Below, piece by piece: positions 23,636 to 32,782 of a stretch of 64,000 bases of DNA. The position numbers and the translations under genes are program-made. The stretch lies in the NCBI GenBank assembly GCA_965206315.1, contig OZ242210.1, positions 2,343,560 to 2,407,559 of the forward strand, in the 5' to 3' direction. The notes under the pieces were generated by a model that did not search any database, was not told the DNA's origin, and saw nothing but the letters and a program-made list of their open reading frames with translations. Source of the stretch: Dehalococcoidia bacterium. GTDB lineage: Bacteria; Chloroflexota; Dehalococcoidia; Lucifugimonadales; Australimonadaceae. Every line of letters begins with the position of its first letter. Position 1 is the first letter of the stretch.

Positions 23636-24577
23636 TTATCGCGCATCGTCCGTTCGGACGAGGGCCATGGCGCGGACGCCGGCCTTGTAGTGCTCCTCCG
23701 GCGTGACGATGGGGCCGGGGTGGTAGGTGTAGTCGGCGCCGGGGTCGAGGAACTCCTCGTACAGCAGCTCCCTGTGCTCGGGGTAGGTGACGGTCATGGC
23801 GTAGCAGGCGAAGCCCGGCACGTAGAACCGCGCGACGCCTCGCGCGTCGGCCTTCGAGCGACCAAGGCCCGCGACGGCCACTTCCGCGCCTGCTACGGAA
23901 ACGCCGTCGCGGTCGAACACCTGCACGCTGACGTTGGGGCGCGGCAGCAGGCCCAGGGAGAGCCTGCGGCGGAGCCTCTCTCTGCGGCTGAGCAGCGCGT
24001 CTTCCGCGACCTCTCCGACGACGTCGGACTCGAACCCGGGCCCCTTGGGCGTCCGCCAGTCGGGGCCGTACTTCCGGCGCAGGTACTCCTCGGGTGGGTT
24101 GGGGGTGCGGAAGTGCTCGCCGATGAACTCGATCTCGCCGAGGGTCTCGAACAGGTGCAGCGGCAGCTCGACGCCCGGGAACTCGTAAGCCCTGCCGTCG
24201 ACGATGCGGTGGCACGTCCAGTCCGTGCGGATGCCGTCCTTGATGAGGGCCACGCTGACGTGGCGGACGTTGGGCTTTATGCGCGGGTAGAAGCCGTATG
24301 ACCGGAACGCTTCCCCGACACGGTAGATCGTGTCCATGTCGAGGCCGTGCATCCCGATGACGCCCGCCGTGTCCATCTCGTCGTCCCAGGGGATGAAACG
24401 CCCTTCGCGCACAGCGCCCAAGAGGGTGCCCGAGCCGATCCAGAAGATGATGCCCTGCTCGTCGAAGATGCGCTTGACTTCCTTGAGCCGCGCTGCGGCG
24501 ACATCGGGATCGAGCGGCGTTGGGTCCTTGATGGTCTTCTCGTAGGCTGCCTCGCCTGCGGCGTCTCTTTCGGTCAT
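23636..24577 (-). CDS. LicD-family nucleotidyl/phosphotransferase-like protein with C-terminal Ig-like (carboxypeptidase-regulatory-like) domain
   Basis: WIGSGTLLGAVREGRFIPWDDEMD matches the LicD core (GTLLGA.R...FIPWDDD.D). The C-terminal VSVQVFDRDGVSVAGAEVAVAGLG...ARGVARFYV looks like an Ig-like beta-sandwich. Confidence 0.6.
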   Translation of the reverse strand: MTERDAAGEAAYEKTIKDPTPLDPDVAAARLKEVKRIFDEQGIIFWIGSGTLLGAVREGRFIPWDDEMDTAGVIGMHGLDMDTIYRVGEAFRSYGFYPRIKPNVRHVSVALIKDGIRTDWTCHRIVDGRAYEFPGVELPLHLFETLGEIEFIGEHFRTPNPPEEYLRRKYGPDWRTPKGPGFESDVVGEVAEDALLSRRERLRRRLSLGLLPRPNVSVQVFDRDGVSVAGAEVAVAGLGRSKADARGVARFYVPGFACYAMTVTYPEHRELLYEEFLDPGADYTYHPGPIVTPEEHYKAGVRAMALVRTDDAR

Positions 24578-24601
24578 GGCGCGCCTCCGCTATCACGCAC
24601 G

Positions 24602-24628
24602 CTGGATTCCCGCCTTCGCGGGAATGAC
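24602..24628 (-). repeat. repeat module C core (inverted orientation)
   Basis: 'ctggattcccgccttcgcgggaatgac'. Confidence 0.7.
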
Positions 24629-24688
24629 GAAGAGAGTCAGGAACGACAAGGGGCGGGCTCCGTCTGGAGCCCGCCCCTGAAGCGGTCG

Positions 24689-26638
24689 TTACTTGGAGAC
24701 GAGGCCCTCCAGGTGGTCGACGGGGGCGCCGGAGACCATGCCGGAGAAGACCCAGTCCGCGATCACGTCCGGGTCAGCGACGACCTCGTTGGGGAGCCAG
24801 AACAGTGGGATGTCCTGGTGGAGGTTGTAGTAGAGGTCGCCCACTTCACGCAGGATGTCGTCCCGGTCCTGCGGGGTGTTCGTCGCGTACGCCTCGCGGA
24901 TGAGCGCTTCGGCTTCGGGGCTCTGCAACCCGATGTAGAGGACGGGGATGACGGAGCTGCCGTAGACCTGCACGGTGATGAGCTGAGCGCCGCTGGTGGA
25001 GACGGGCCAGATGTGGTTGTCCCAGTGCATCTCGCGCTGCTTGTTGCGGTACTCGATGAAGTCGACCCGTTGCTCGGTAACGTCGACGCCGATGTCGCGC
25101 CAGAAGTCAGCGATCGCCTGCATCACGTCCACGCCTGACGGCACGGCGGTCAGGGGAGTCAGCTGGATGGTTGTCTGGAGCGGGTTGCTCTCGTCGTAGC
25201 CGGCCTCAGCGAGGAGCGCCCTGGCGGCGTCGGGGTCGTAGCCGTACTCGTCCTCGAAGCGGCTCTCCCATTCCGTGTTCCATCCCACGCGCTGCGGGTT
25301 GCCCGGCAGGTAGTGGTTCTTGAACATCTTGAGGCCCCTGCCGTCGAAGAAGGAGTCGTTGATGAGGTCGCGGTCGATGGCCTTGTTGAGCGCCTTCCGT
25401 ACCCGGACGTCGTTGAGCGGCGACTTGGGGTATGCGGAGCAGCTCAGGAACGGGAGGTCCTCGGCGGCCGCGTCCGGGTCGACGGCGCATTCTTTGAGAG
25501 CGGGGACGCCGCTGGCGGAGACGCGGTCGACTGCGAGGTTCGGCCCTGCCGGGACGTAGACGCCCTGCCACGCGAGGAAGTAGCGGGCGGCGGGCACCTG
25601 GGCAGTGAACCGGACGTAGCCCCGGCCCTCAGCCTCGACGGTCAGCTCTTCCGGCAGTTTGGCCAGGTGTACCTCGCCGTTGAGCAGCTTCGCGAGACGC
25701 GTCGATGCCTCCGGGATGAACTCGAACTCGAACTCGGGGAACTCCGGCGTGACCCGCCAGTGGTTGTCCACGGCCTCGTAGACGACGCCGACCTGTTCAT
25801 CGATGGAGACGATCTGGTAGGGGGCGGTGCCTGCGAGCGGGGGCTCGTTCGCCGCCGGGTCGCTTGCGCCCGAGAGTTCGCGGAGCCTGCTCTCGTCGTG
25901 CGGCGTCTCGGGGTCGTCCTCTGTGTTGGCCCAGTCGCCGGTGGGAACGCCTGCGAGGATGCCGGACGTGCGCGAGAAGCCGTCCGCCTTGCTGGCGATC
26001 TCCATGCCGCCCTGGATCTCTGAGACGACCTCCAGCACGTCGGCGTAGGGCGCCGTTGTGTGGAAGACGACCTCGTGGTCGTTCACGACCTCCACGTCGG
26101 TGACGCGGGCGCGCAGGGTGTTCGCCTCGCTGCCGACGTCGTCCGGCAGGATGTTCATGAGCCAGGAGAAGCGGACGTCCTCGGCGGTGAACTCGCCGTG
26201 GCCGCCGGAGAACTGCACGCCCTCGCGCAGCTTGAACCGCCAGGAGTGGCCGTCCGGCTCGAGGCTCCACTCGGTGGCGAGTTGCGGCACGTAGGCGCCG
26301 CTGGTCTTCTCGAAGCCGACGAGGTACTCGTAGTGCGGGCGGAGGTACCAGTTGCTGGCCTGACCGGGGATGCGGCGGATGTTGCTGTAGTCGGTCGGCG
26401 GCGCGACGGCCATGATGACACGGTCGACCGCGGGTCCCATGGCTTCGGGGACGGGCGTGGCCGTCGGGTCGGGCGCGGGCGCAGGAGCGTCAGGCGTCGT
26501 ACCGGCCGGGGCCGGTGGGCTGGTCGGCGTGGGCGTGGCGGTTGGGTCTTCGCCGTCGCACGCCGCGGCGAACAACGCGAAGAGGGCCATCACCCCCACA
26601 ACCACAAGTAAACGGGCCTGATTCCTGATGCTACTCAC
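24689..26638 (-). CDS. ABC transporter substrate-binding lipoprotein, family 5 (peptide/nickel type)
   Basis: GTG start. Signal peptide plus lipobox (LFAAAC), then a Pro/Thr-rich tether, then a long SBP_bac_5-like body. Confidence 0.8.
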   Translation of the reverse strand: MSSIRNQARLLVVVGVMALFALFAAACDGEDPTATPTPTSPPAPAGTTPDAPAPAPDPTATPVPEAMGPAVDRVIMAVAPPTDYSNIRRIPGQASNWYLRPHYEYLVGFEKTSGAYVPQLATEWSLEPDGHSWRFKLREGVQFSGGHGEFTAEDVRFSWLMNILPDDVGSEANTLRARVTDVEVVNDHEVVFHTTAPYADVLEVVSEIQGGMEIASKADGFSRTSGILAGVPTGDWANTEDDPETPHDESRLRELSGASDPAANEPPLAGTAPYQIVSIDEQVGVVYEAVDNHWRVTPEFPEFEFEFIPEASTRLAKLLNGEVHLAKLPEELTVEAEGRGYVRFTAQVPAARYFLAWQGVYVPAGPNLAVDRVSASGVPALKECAVDPDAAAEDLPFLSCSAYPKSPLNDVRVRKALNKAIDRDLINDSFFDGRGLKMFKNHYLPGNPQRVGWNTEWESRFEDEYGYDPDAARALLAEAGYDESNPLQTTIQLTPLTAVPSGVDVMQAIADFWRDIGVDVTEQRVDFIEYRNKQREMHWDNHIWPVSTSGAQLITVQVYGSSVIPVLYIGLQSPEAEALIREAYATNTPQDRDDILREVGDLYYNLHQDIPLFWLPNEVVADPDVIADWVFSGMVSGAPVDHLEGLVSK

Positions 26639-26794
26639 GACTCCCCCCTTGCCGCGTATGAGCGTATGCTGTTGCGAAACCGTGCGCCCCCGTTAAGATT
26701 GAGGGACACGGCTGCAAGAGCAGGGGCGCATTATACGCACGGACGCGCAGGCGCGCCATGCGCGTGCGCCAATGAAGGGTAAAGGAGGCGCCGC

Positions 26795-28069
26795 ATGTTG
26801 AGCCACGCTGACAACGAGCTCATCACCCGCACGGGCAGGGGCACGCTGATGGGCGCGCTCTTCCGCCGCTACTGGCTGCCCGCGCTGATCTCCGACGAAC
26901 TCGAGGCGGACGGGGCACCGGTGCGCTTCCGGCTGCTGAACGAGGACCTCGTCGCGTTCCGGGACACGAGCGGCGAGGTGGGCATCCTTTCCGAGTTCTG
27001 CCCGCACCGCGGCGTCTCGCTTGCGCTCGGTCGCAACGAGTACGACGGCCTGCGCTGCCTCTACCACGGCTGGAAGTTCGACGTCGCCGGTCGATGCGTG
27101 GACATGCCGACGGAGCCGGTGGAGAGCGGTTTCCGCAACAAAGTGAGGGCAGGGGCGTACGCGGTGCGCGAGCACGCCGGTGCGGTGTGGGTGTACATGG
27201 GCGCGCCTGAGAGCGAGCCGCCGTTCCCCGTCTACTACTGGACGACGGTGCCGGACTCGAACCGCATCATGGCGAAGTGGATACAGGACGCGAACTGGCT
27301 GCAGAGCCTGGAGGGCGGCATCGACACGGTGCACGCCTCGTTCCTGCACAACACTGCCGAGGGACCGATGGTTGCGCCCGGCGCGGCGAGCGGGAACAAC
27401 CTGATGTTCAACGACACGAGGCCGAAGCTGGAGATAGAAGAGACCTCCTACGGCTTCCGCTACGCCGCGATACGAAGAGGACCGGAGGAGGACAAGCGCT
27501 ACGTGCGGATCACGCCCCACATCATGCCGGCGTCGTCGTATCCGCCGTTCTCCAGGGAGGACAACCGCATCTGGAACATGTGGGTCCCCCGCGACGACGG
27601 CACGTGCTGGGCGTGGGATGTGTGCTTCAACGAGACGAAACCGATGTCCGACGAGTTGAAGGCGCAGCTGAAGGAGTACCGGGGCTACAACGCCTTCGAT
27701 CCCAGGACATTCGTGAAGTACGCGGGGCCGCAAAACATGTGGATGCAGGACCGCGAGCTGATGAAGAAGGAGAGCTGGTCCGGCATCCGCGGGCTGTTCG
27801 TGCAGGACAACGCGGTGCAGGAGAGCATGGGCCCCATCGTCGACCGCACCATCGAGCACCTGGGCACCACGGACGCGGCCATCATCAGGGCGCGCAAGCT
27901 GTACATCAAGGCCGCCATCGCGCTCGCGGAGGAGGGCGTCGAGCCGCCCGGCGTGTGGGAGCAGGGCGACTACGAGCTGATCCGCTCCGACGCGTACGTG
28001 CAGCCGGTGGACGTTTCGTGGAAGGCCGAGCGTCCGCTGGAAGAGCGGTTCGCCGTCGGCGTGAGTTGA
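26795..28069 (+). CDS. Rieske non-heme-iron oxygenase alpha subunit (paralogue 2)
   Basis: CPHRGVSLALGRNEYDGLRCLYHGW and EGGIDTVHASFLH. AAGGAGG RBS. Confidence 0.85.
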   Translation: MLSHADNELITRTGRGTLMGALFRRYWLPALISDELEADGAPVRFRLLNEDLVAFRDTSGEVGILSEFCPHRGVSLALGRNEYDGLRCLYHGWKFDVAGRCVDMPTEPVESGFRNKVRAGAYAVREHAGAVWVYMGAPESEPPFPVYYWTTVPDSNRIMAKWIQDANWLQSLEGGIDTVHASFLHNTAEGPMVAPGAASGNNLMFNDTRPKLEIEETSYGFRYAAIRRGPEEDKRYVRITPHIMPASSYPPFSREDNRIWNMWVPRDDGTCWAWDVCFNETKPMSDELKAQLKEYRGYNAFDPRTFVKYAGPQNMWMQDRELMKKESWSGIRGLFVQDNAVQESMGPIVDRTIEHLGTTDAAIIRARKLYIKAAIALAEEGVEPPGVWEQGDYELIRSDAYVQPVDVSWKAERPLEERFAVGVS

Positions 28070-28096
28070 TCTGTCTCCGGGCGCGAGGAGCAACGA

Positions 28097-29113
28097 TTGA
28101 CCGAGACGGCAGCCAACGTCGTCCTTGACGTGCAGGAACTGCAGACGCACCTCTTCACCAAGTGGGGGGTGACGCGCGCCGTCGACGGGGTGAGCTTCCA
28201 GATACGCGAGGGCGAGACGCTCGGGCTCGTGGGCGAGTCCGGCTCCGGTAAGAGCATGACCGCGCTGTCGCTGCTGCGCCTGCTGCCGGAGGCCGCGCGC
28301 ATCGTGGGCGGGCGCATCCTGCTCGACGGCGACGACATCGTGCGCATGCGGATGCCGGACGTGCGCCAGATGCGCGGACGCAAGATATCGATGATCCTGC
28401 AGGACCCGCAGACGGCGCTGAACCCGGTATTCACTATCGGGAACCAGCTCACGGAGTCGATCGCGGCGCGCGGCGGACGGAACGGCGGACGCAGGAGCAG
28501 GCAGTCCGTCAGGGACCGGGCGATGGAGGTGCTGCGCATGATGCGCGTGGCCGCGCCGGAGCGCCGCCTCTCGGACTTTCCGCACCAGATGAGCGGCGGC
28601 ATGAAGCAGCGCGTGGTCGGCGGTATCGCCATCGAGAGCCAGCCACGGCTGCTCATCGCGGACGAGCCGACGACGGCGCTGGACGTGACGATACAGGCGC
28701 AGTACCTCAACCTGCTGAAGGAGATACAGCGCGAGACGGGCGTCGCCATCCTGTTCATCACGCACGACCTGGGCGTCGTGGCGCGGATGTGCGACAGGGT
28801 CGCGGTGATGTACGCGGGGCGCATCGTGGAGCAGGGCGGCATCCACGAGATATTCGACAATCCGTCGCACCCGTACACGCAGGCGTTGCTCGGCTCCATC
28901 CCGAAGATGGAGGAGCGCGTCGACCGGCTCACCGTGATAGAGGGGCAGCCGCCCGCGCTCTTCGCGCTGCCGCAGGGATGCCGCTTCGCGGTGCGCTGTC
29001 CCCACGTCCACGACCGGTGCGAGGAGGCGTATCCGGCGGAGTTCACAGGTTCTGACGGACATACCACCGCCTGCTGGCTGTTGGAGGAGAAGTGGAAGCC
29101 GACGTCCTCGTAA
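28097..29113 (+). CDS. peptide-type ABC transporter ATP-binding protein (DppD/OppD-like)
   Basis: Walker A GESGSGKS, signature MSGGMKQR, Walker B LLIADEPT, and the C-terminal oligopeptide-type motif HPYTQALL...CRFAVRCP. Confidence 0.9.
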   Translation: MTETAANVVLDVQELQTHLFTKWGVTRAVDGVSFQIREGETLGLVGESGSGKSMTALSLLRLLPEAARIVGGRILLDGDDIVRMRMPDVRQMRGRKISMILQDPQTALNPVFTIGNQLTESIAARGGRNGGRRSRQSVRDRAMEVLRMMRVAAPERRLSDFPHQMSGGMKQRVVGGIAIESQPRLLIADEPTTALDVTIQAQYLNLLKEIQRETGVAILFITHDLGVVARMCDRVAVMYAGRIVEQGGIHEIFDNPSHPYTQALLGSIPKMEERVDRLTVIEGQPPALFALPQGCRFAVRCPHVHDRCEEAYPAEFTGSDGHTTACWLLEEKWKPTSS

Positions 29114-30063
29114 GGGCCGAGAACCTCGAGAAGCATTTCCCCGTGACCGAGGGGCTGGTGCTGATGAAGACGGTGGGCTGGGTGCGCGCCGTCGACGGGA
29201 TCAGCTTCGAGGTGCGACGCGGTCAGACGCTCGCGCTCGTGGGCGAGTCGGGGTGCGGCAAGACGACAACGGCCAAGCTCGTGCTGCGCCTCGAACGCCC
29301 GACGGGCGGCGCCATCTCGATGGAAGGGCAGGACATCCATGCGCTCGGCGGGCAGGACCTGCGGCAGTTCCGCATGCAGGTGCAGGCGGTCTTCCAGGAC
29401 CCGTGGAGCTCGCTCAGCCCGCGGATGCGGGTGCGCGACATCATCGCGGAGCCGCTCGTGGTCAATAGGCACGTGGGCGCGCGTGAGGCGCGCGAGCGCG
29501 TGCTGGAGCTGCTGAACGACGTGGGGCTGCGTCCCGAGCAGGCAGACCTCTTCCCCCACGAGTTCAGCGGGGGGCAGCGGCAGCGCATCGCGATGGCGAG
29601 CGCGCTCAGCGTTGAGCCGTCGCTGATCGTGCTCGACGAGCCGGTGTCGGCGCTCGACGTGTCGGTTCAGGCGCAGATTATGAACCTGCTGCGCGACCTG
29701 CAGGTGCAGCACAACGTGAGCTACCTGATGGTGTCGCACAACCTTGCGACGGTCCGCTACCTCGCGCACGAAGTGGCGGTCATGTATCTCGGCGAGATCG
29801 TCGAGCGTGCGGAGACGGACGACCTGTACGAGCATCCGCTGCACCCGTACACGCAGGCGCTCTTCTCGGCGGCCCTCCCGGCGCACCCGGCTCTCCAGCG
29901 CGACGAGATGATCCTGCAGGGCGAGGTGCCGAGCCCGCTCAACCCGCCGTCCGGCTGCCGCTTCCACCCGCGCTGTCCGTTCGCGAAGGACGTCTGCGCG
30001 GAGGTCGCGCCGGAGTGGAAAGAGGAGACGCCCGGGCACTTCGTCGCGTGTCATCTGTACTGA
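29092..30063 (+). CDS. peptide-type ABC transporter ATP-binding protein (DppF/OppF-like)
   Basis: GESGCGKTT, FSGGQRQR, LIVLDEPVS and HPYTQALF...CRFHPRCP. The GTG start follows a GGAGGAG RBS and overlaps the upstream gene by 22 nt. Confidence 0.9.
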   Translation: MEADVLVRAENLEKHFPVTEGLVLMKTVGWVRAVDGISFEVRRGQTLALVGESGCGKTTTAKLVLRLERPTGGAISMEGQDIHALGGQDLRQFRMQVQAVFQDPWSSLSPRMRVRDIIAEPLVVNRHVGAREARERVLELLNDVGLRPEQADLFPHEFSGGQRQRIAMASALSVEPSLIVLDEPVSALDVSVQAQIMNLLRDLQVQHNVSYLMVSHNLATVRYLAHEVAVMYLGEIVERAETDDLYEHPLHPYTQALFSAALPAHPALQRDEMILQGEVPSPLNPPSGCRFHPRCPFAKDVCAEVAPEWKEETPGHFVACHLY

Positions 30064-30065
30064 CA

Positions 30066-30106
30066 TCAACATGGATGGACAGGATGGACAGGATGGACAG
30101 AATAGG
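30066..30106 (-). repeat. repeat module G (inverted; three tandem GGATGGACA units)
   Basis: 'tcaacatggatggacaggatggacaggatggacagaatagg'. Confidence 0.75.
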
Positions 30107-30144
30107 GGAAGGTGAGGCAAGGTTCCGGTCATGGGAGGTGCGCC

Positions 30145-31455
30145 ATGCTGACGAGGGAAGAGAACGAACTGCTCTGCCGCACGGGACCGAACGATCCCGC
30201 GGGTGAGCTGCTCCGGCGCTACTGGCAGCCCATCGCACTGGCCGAGGAGTTGCCGCCGGGCAGCGCGCCGATGCCGGTACGCGTCCTGAGCGAGGACCTG
30301 ACGCTCTTCCGCGACCAGTACGACCGCCTCGGGCTCGTGGCGCGGCACTGCGCCCACCGTGCGGCGGACCTGAGCTACGCGCGCATCGAGGACGGCGGTC
30401 TGCGCTGCCTGTACCACGGCTGGCTGTACGACATCCACGGCAACTGTCTGGAGCAGCCGGGCGAGCCCGAGGGCAGCACGTTCAAGGACAAGATTCAACT
30501 GCTCTCGTACCCGGTACAGGAGCGCGGGGGCGTCGTGTTCGCGTACCTGGGGCCGGGCGAGCCGCCGCTGCTGCCGGCGTACGAGTTCCTTGACATCGCG
30601 CCGGAGAACCGCGTCGTCACGAAGATCTACCACGAGTGCAACTACCAGCAAGGGAACGAGGGGAACATCGACCCGCAGCACCTCTCGTTCCTGCACTTCT
30701 TCATCCGCGAGGACGCCAGCGGCAGCCGCGTCGCGACGGGCAACGTGCAGGGCGGGGCCGCGACGTCGAACCGCATGATGGGCGATGATCCGTCGCCGAC
30801 GATCGAGGTCGAGGAGACGGACTACGGCATCCGCATCTACGCGGTGCGGGACACGGACGCGGGCGACGACTACGTGCGCATCACGAACTTCATCTACCCG
30901 AACCTGGCGTCGTTCCCGGCGTTCCCGGGCGTGTTCGGGGTCAACTGGCACGTGCCGATAGACGACACGCACCACTGGAAGTTCATGTTCATGGTGCGGT
31001 CGGAGGGGCCGCTGCCGAAGGACGCGCTGGGCCTGACGATGTTCGAAGGACTGAAAGAGGACTACACGAACGAGCGGAGCCTGCGCAACCGCTACCTGCA
31101 GGACCGTGAGGAGATGCGGACGCGCAGCTTCCTCGGCATGGGGCCGAGTTTCGCGGTCCATGACATGTGGGCGACGGAGGGTGAGGGCGCGATACAGGAC
31201 CGGACGACGGAGCACCTCGGCTACACGGACAAGGCGGTTGCCCTCTCGCGGCGTCTGCTGCTCAAGGCGACGCGACAGGTGCAGGACGGCGCGGAGGCCC
31301 CGCACGTGGTCCGCGAGGCGTCGGCCAACGTCTTCAACCACCTTGGCGCGTGGCAGGAGGTCATCCCGAAGTCGGAGGAGTGGTCGTCCGTGTGGAAGCG
31401 GAATGCCGAGGCGCTGGCGGCGCGGATGGGCTCGAACGGGCACAACGGTGCGTAG
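30145..31455 (+). CDS. Rieske non-heme-iron oxygenase alpha subunit (paralogue 3)
   Basis: Start at MLTREENELLCRTGP (M12 of the ORF). CAHRAADLSYARIEDGGLRCLYHGW and EGNIDPQHLSFLH. Confidence 0.85.
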   Translation: MLTREENELLCRTGPNDPAGELLRRYWQPIALAEELPPGSAPMPVRVLSEDLTLFRDQYDRLGLVARHCAHRAADLSYARIEDGGLRCLYHGWLYDIHGNCLEQPGEPEGSTFKDKIQLLSYPVQERGGVVFAYLGPGEPPLLPAYEFLDIAPENRVVTKIYHECNYQQGNEGNIDPQHLSFLHFFIREDASGSRVATGNVQGGAATSNRMMGDDPSPTIEVEETDYGIRIYAVRDTDAGDDYVRITNFIYPNLASFPAFPGVFGVNWHVPIDDTHHWKFMFMVRSEGPLPKDALGLTMFEGLKEDYTNERSLRNRYLQDREEMRTRSFLGMGPSFAVHDMWATEGEGAIQDRTTEHLGYTDKAVALSRRLLLKATRQVQDGAEAPHVVREASANVFNHLGAWQEVIPKSEEWSSVWKRNAEALAARMGSNGHNGA

Positions 31456-31504
31456 GATTTTGGGTGAGGTTGGGTAGAGGGGACAGCACGGAGGAGCTGT
31501 TGTC

Positions 31505-32743
31505 ATGCTGACGCCCGAGCAGAACGACCTGCTGCACAAGGTGGGGCCCGGCACGCCTATGGGGCGTCTGATGCGCCGCTACTGGCATCCGGTCGCCGCC
31601 GTCGGAGAGTTGGACGACAACCCGGTCAAGGCGATACGCCTGATGGGCGAGGACCTCGTGCTGTTCAAGGACGTGTCGGGCGACTACGGGCTGCTGGAGC
31701 GTCACTGTCCTCACCGCAGGGCCGACCTGTCGTACGGCTGGGTGGAGGAGGACGGCGGTCTGCGATGCAGCTACCACGGATGGCTGTTCGATACGACGGG
31801 CCAGTGCATCGGGCAGCCGTTCGAGCAGATCGCGCATCCGGAGGCGAACTTCAAGGAAAAGGTGCGGGCGACGGCGTACCACGTGCAGCCGAAGGCGGGG
31901 CTACTGTGGGCGTACATCGGCGAAGGTCCCGTGCCGGAACTGTGGGACTGGGATCGCTACCACGACCGTGGGTACAAGCAGGTCGTCTTCTCGGAGATCC
32001 CGTGCAACTGGCTGCAGTGCCAGGAGAACTCGATAGACCCGGTGCACTTCGAGTGGCTCCACTCGAACCAGTCGCTGCGCCGCGAAGGGAGCAAGGGGTA
32101 CGCGCCGACCCACACGCGCATCGCTTTCGAGGAGTTCGAGTTCGGCATCCGCTATCTGCGCATCCGGACGGACACGGACGAGGAGAACGAGCTGTGGAAG
32201 GTAGGGCGCGTCTGCCTGTGGCCGAACGCGCTCTACGCGGCAGGCCACTTCGAGTGGCGGGTGCCGGTAGACGACGAGCACACGATGAGCGTCGGGTGGT
32301 TCCTCGATCCGATACCCGGTGAGCAGCCGTTCGAGCAGGAGCGCATCCCGTACTGGCACTCGCCCATCGTGGACGAGGAGACGGGTCGCTGGATATCGAG
32401 CCACATCATGAACCAGGACTTCATCGCGTGGGTGGGGCAGGGCAACGTGTCCGACCGGTGGAACGAGCACCTGGGTGAGAGCGATCGCGGCGTGATCATG
32501 CTGCGGAAGCAGTTCATGGACGATCTGGCCGTCATCGAGGACGGTGGCGATCCGAAGGGAGTGCTGCGCGACGCGTCGCGCAACGACAAGATGCCGCTGC
32601 CGCGCATCCGCAACGAGGTCGGGCAGTTCGCGCCGACAACGTACCCGCCGGTGTTTCCGTTCCAGGTGGACCAGCCGAAGGAGATCGAGGCGGAGTACCA
32701 CGCGTACTGGGCGGAGTATGGGGGCGCGCTGGCGCCGTCGTAG
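31505..32743 (+). CDS. Rieske non-heme-iron oxygenase alpha subunit (paralogue 4)
   Basis: CPHRRADLSYGWVEEDGGLRCSYHGW and ENSIDPVHFEWLH. Confidence 0.85.
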   Translation: MLTPEQNDLLHKVGPGTPMGRLMRRYWHPVAAVGELDDNPVKAIRLMGEDLVLFKDVSGDYGLLERHCPHRRADLSYGWVEEDGGLRCSYHGWLFDTTGQCIGQPFEQIAHPEANFKEKVRATAYHVQPKAGLLWAYIGEGPVPELWDWDRYHDRGYKQVVFSEIPCNWLQCQENSIDPVHFEWLHSNQSLRREGSKGYAPTHTRIAFEEFEFGIRYLRIRTDTDEENELWKVGRVCLWPNALYAAGHFEWRVPVDDEHTMSVGWFLDPIPGEQPFEQERIPYWHSPIVDEETGRWISSHIMNQDFIAWVGQGNVSDRWNEHLGESDRGVIMLRKQFMDDLAVIEDGGDPKGVLRDASRNDKMPLPRIRNEVGQFAPTTYPPVFPFQVDQPKEIEAEYHAYWAEYGGALAPS

Positions 32744-32782
32744 GGCGTCCGCTGCCGATGTCACGATGAGGAGCCGCTTTCG

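Noticed and set aside
26693-29062. 789-aa minus-strand ORF
   Set aside because: Antisense to Rieske paralogue 2 and the DppD-like ATPase. It is an Arg/His/Val-rich low-information sequence and a GC artefact.
27970-31554. 1,194-aa ORF on the minus strand (the longest in the track)
   Set aside because: It lies antisense to two well-supported ABC ATPase genes and two Rieske genes. Its composition is dominated by Arg/Ala/Pro/Leu, as expected for antisense frames in GC-rich DNA, and it has no recognisable motifs.
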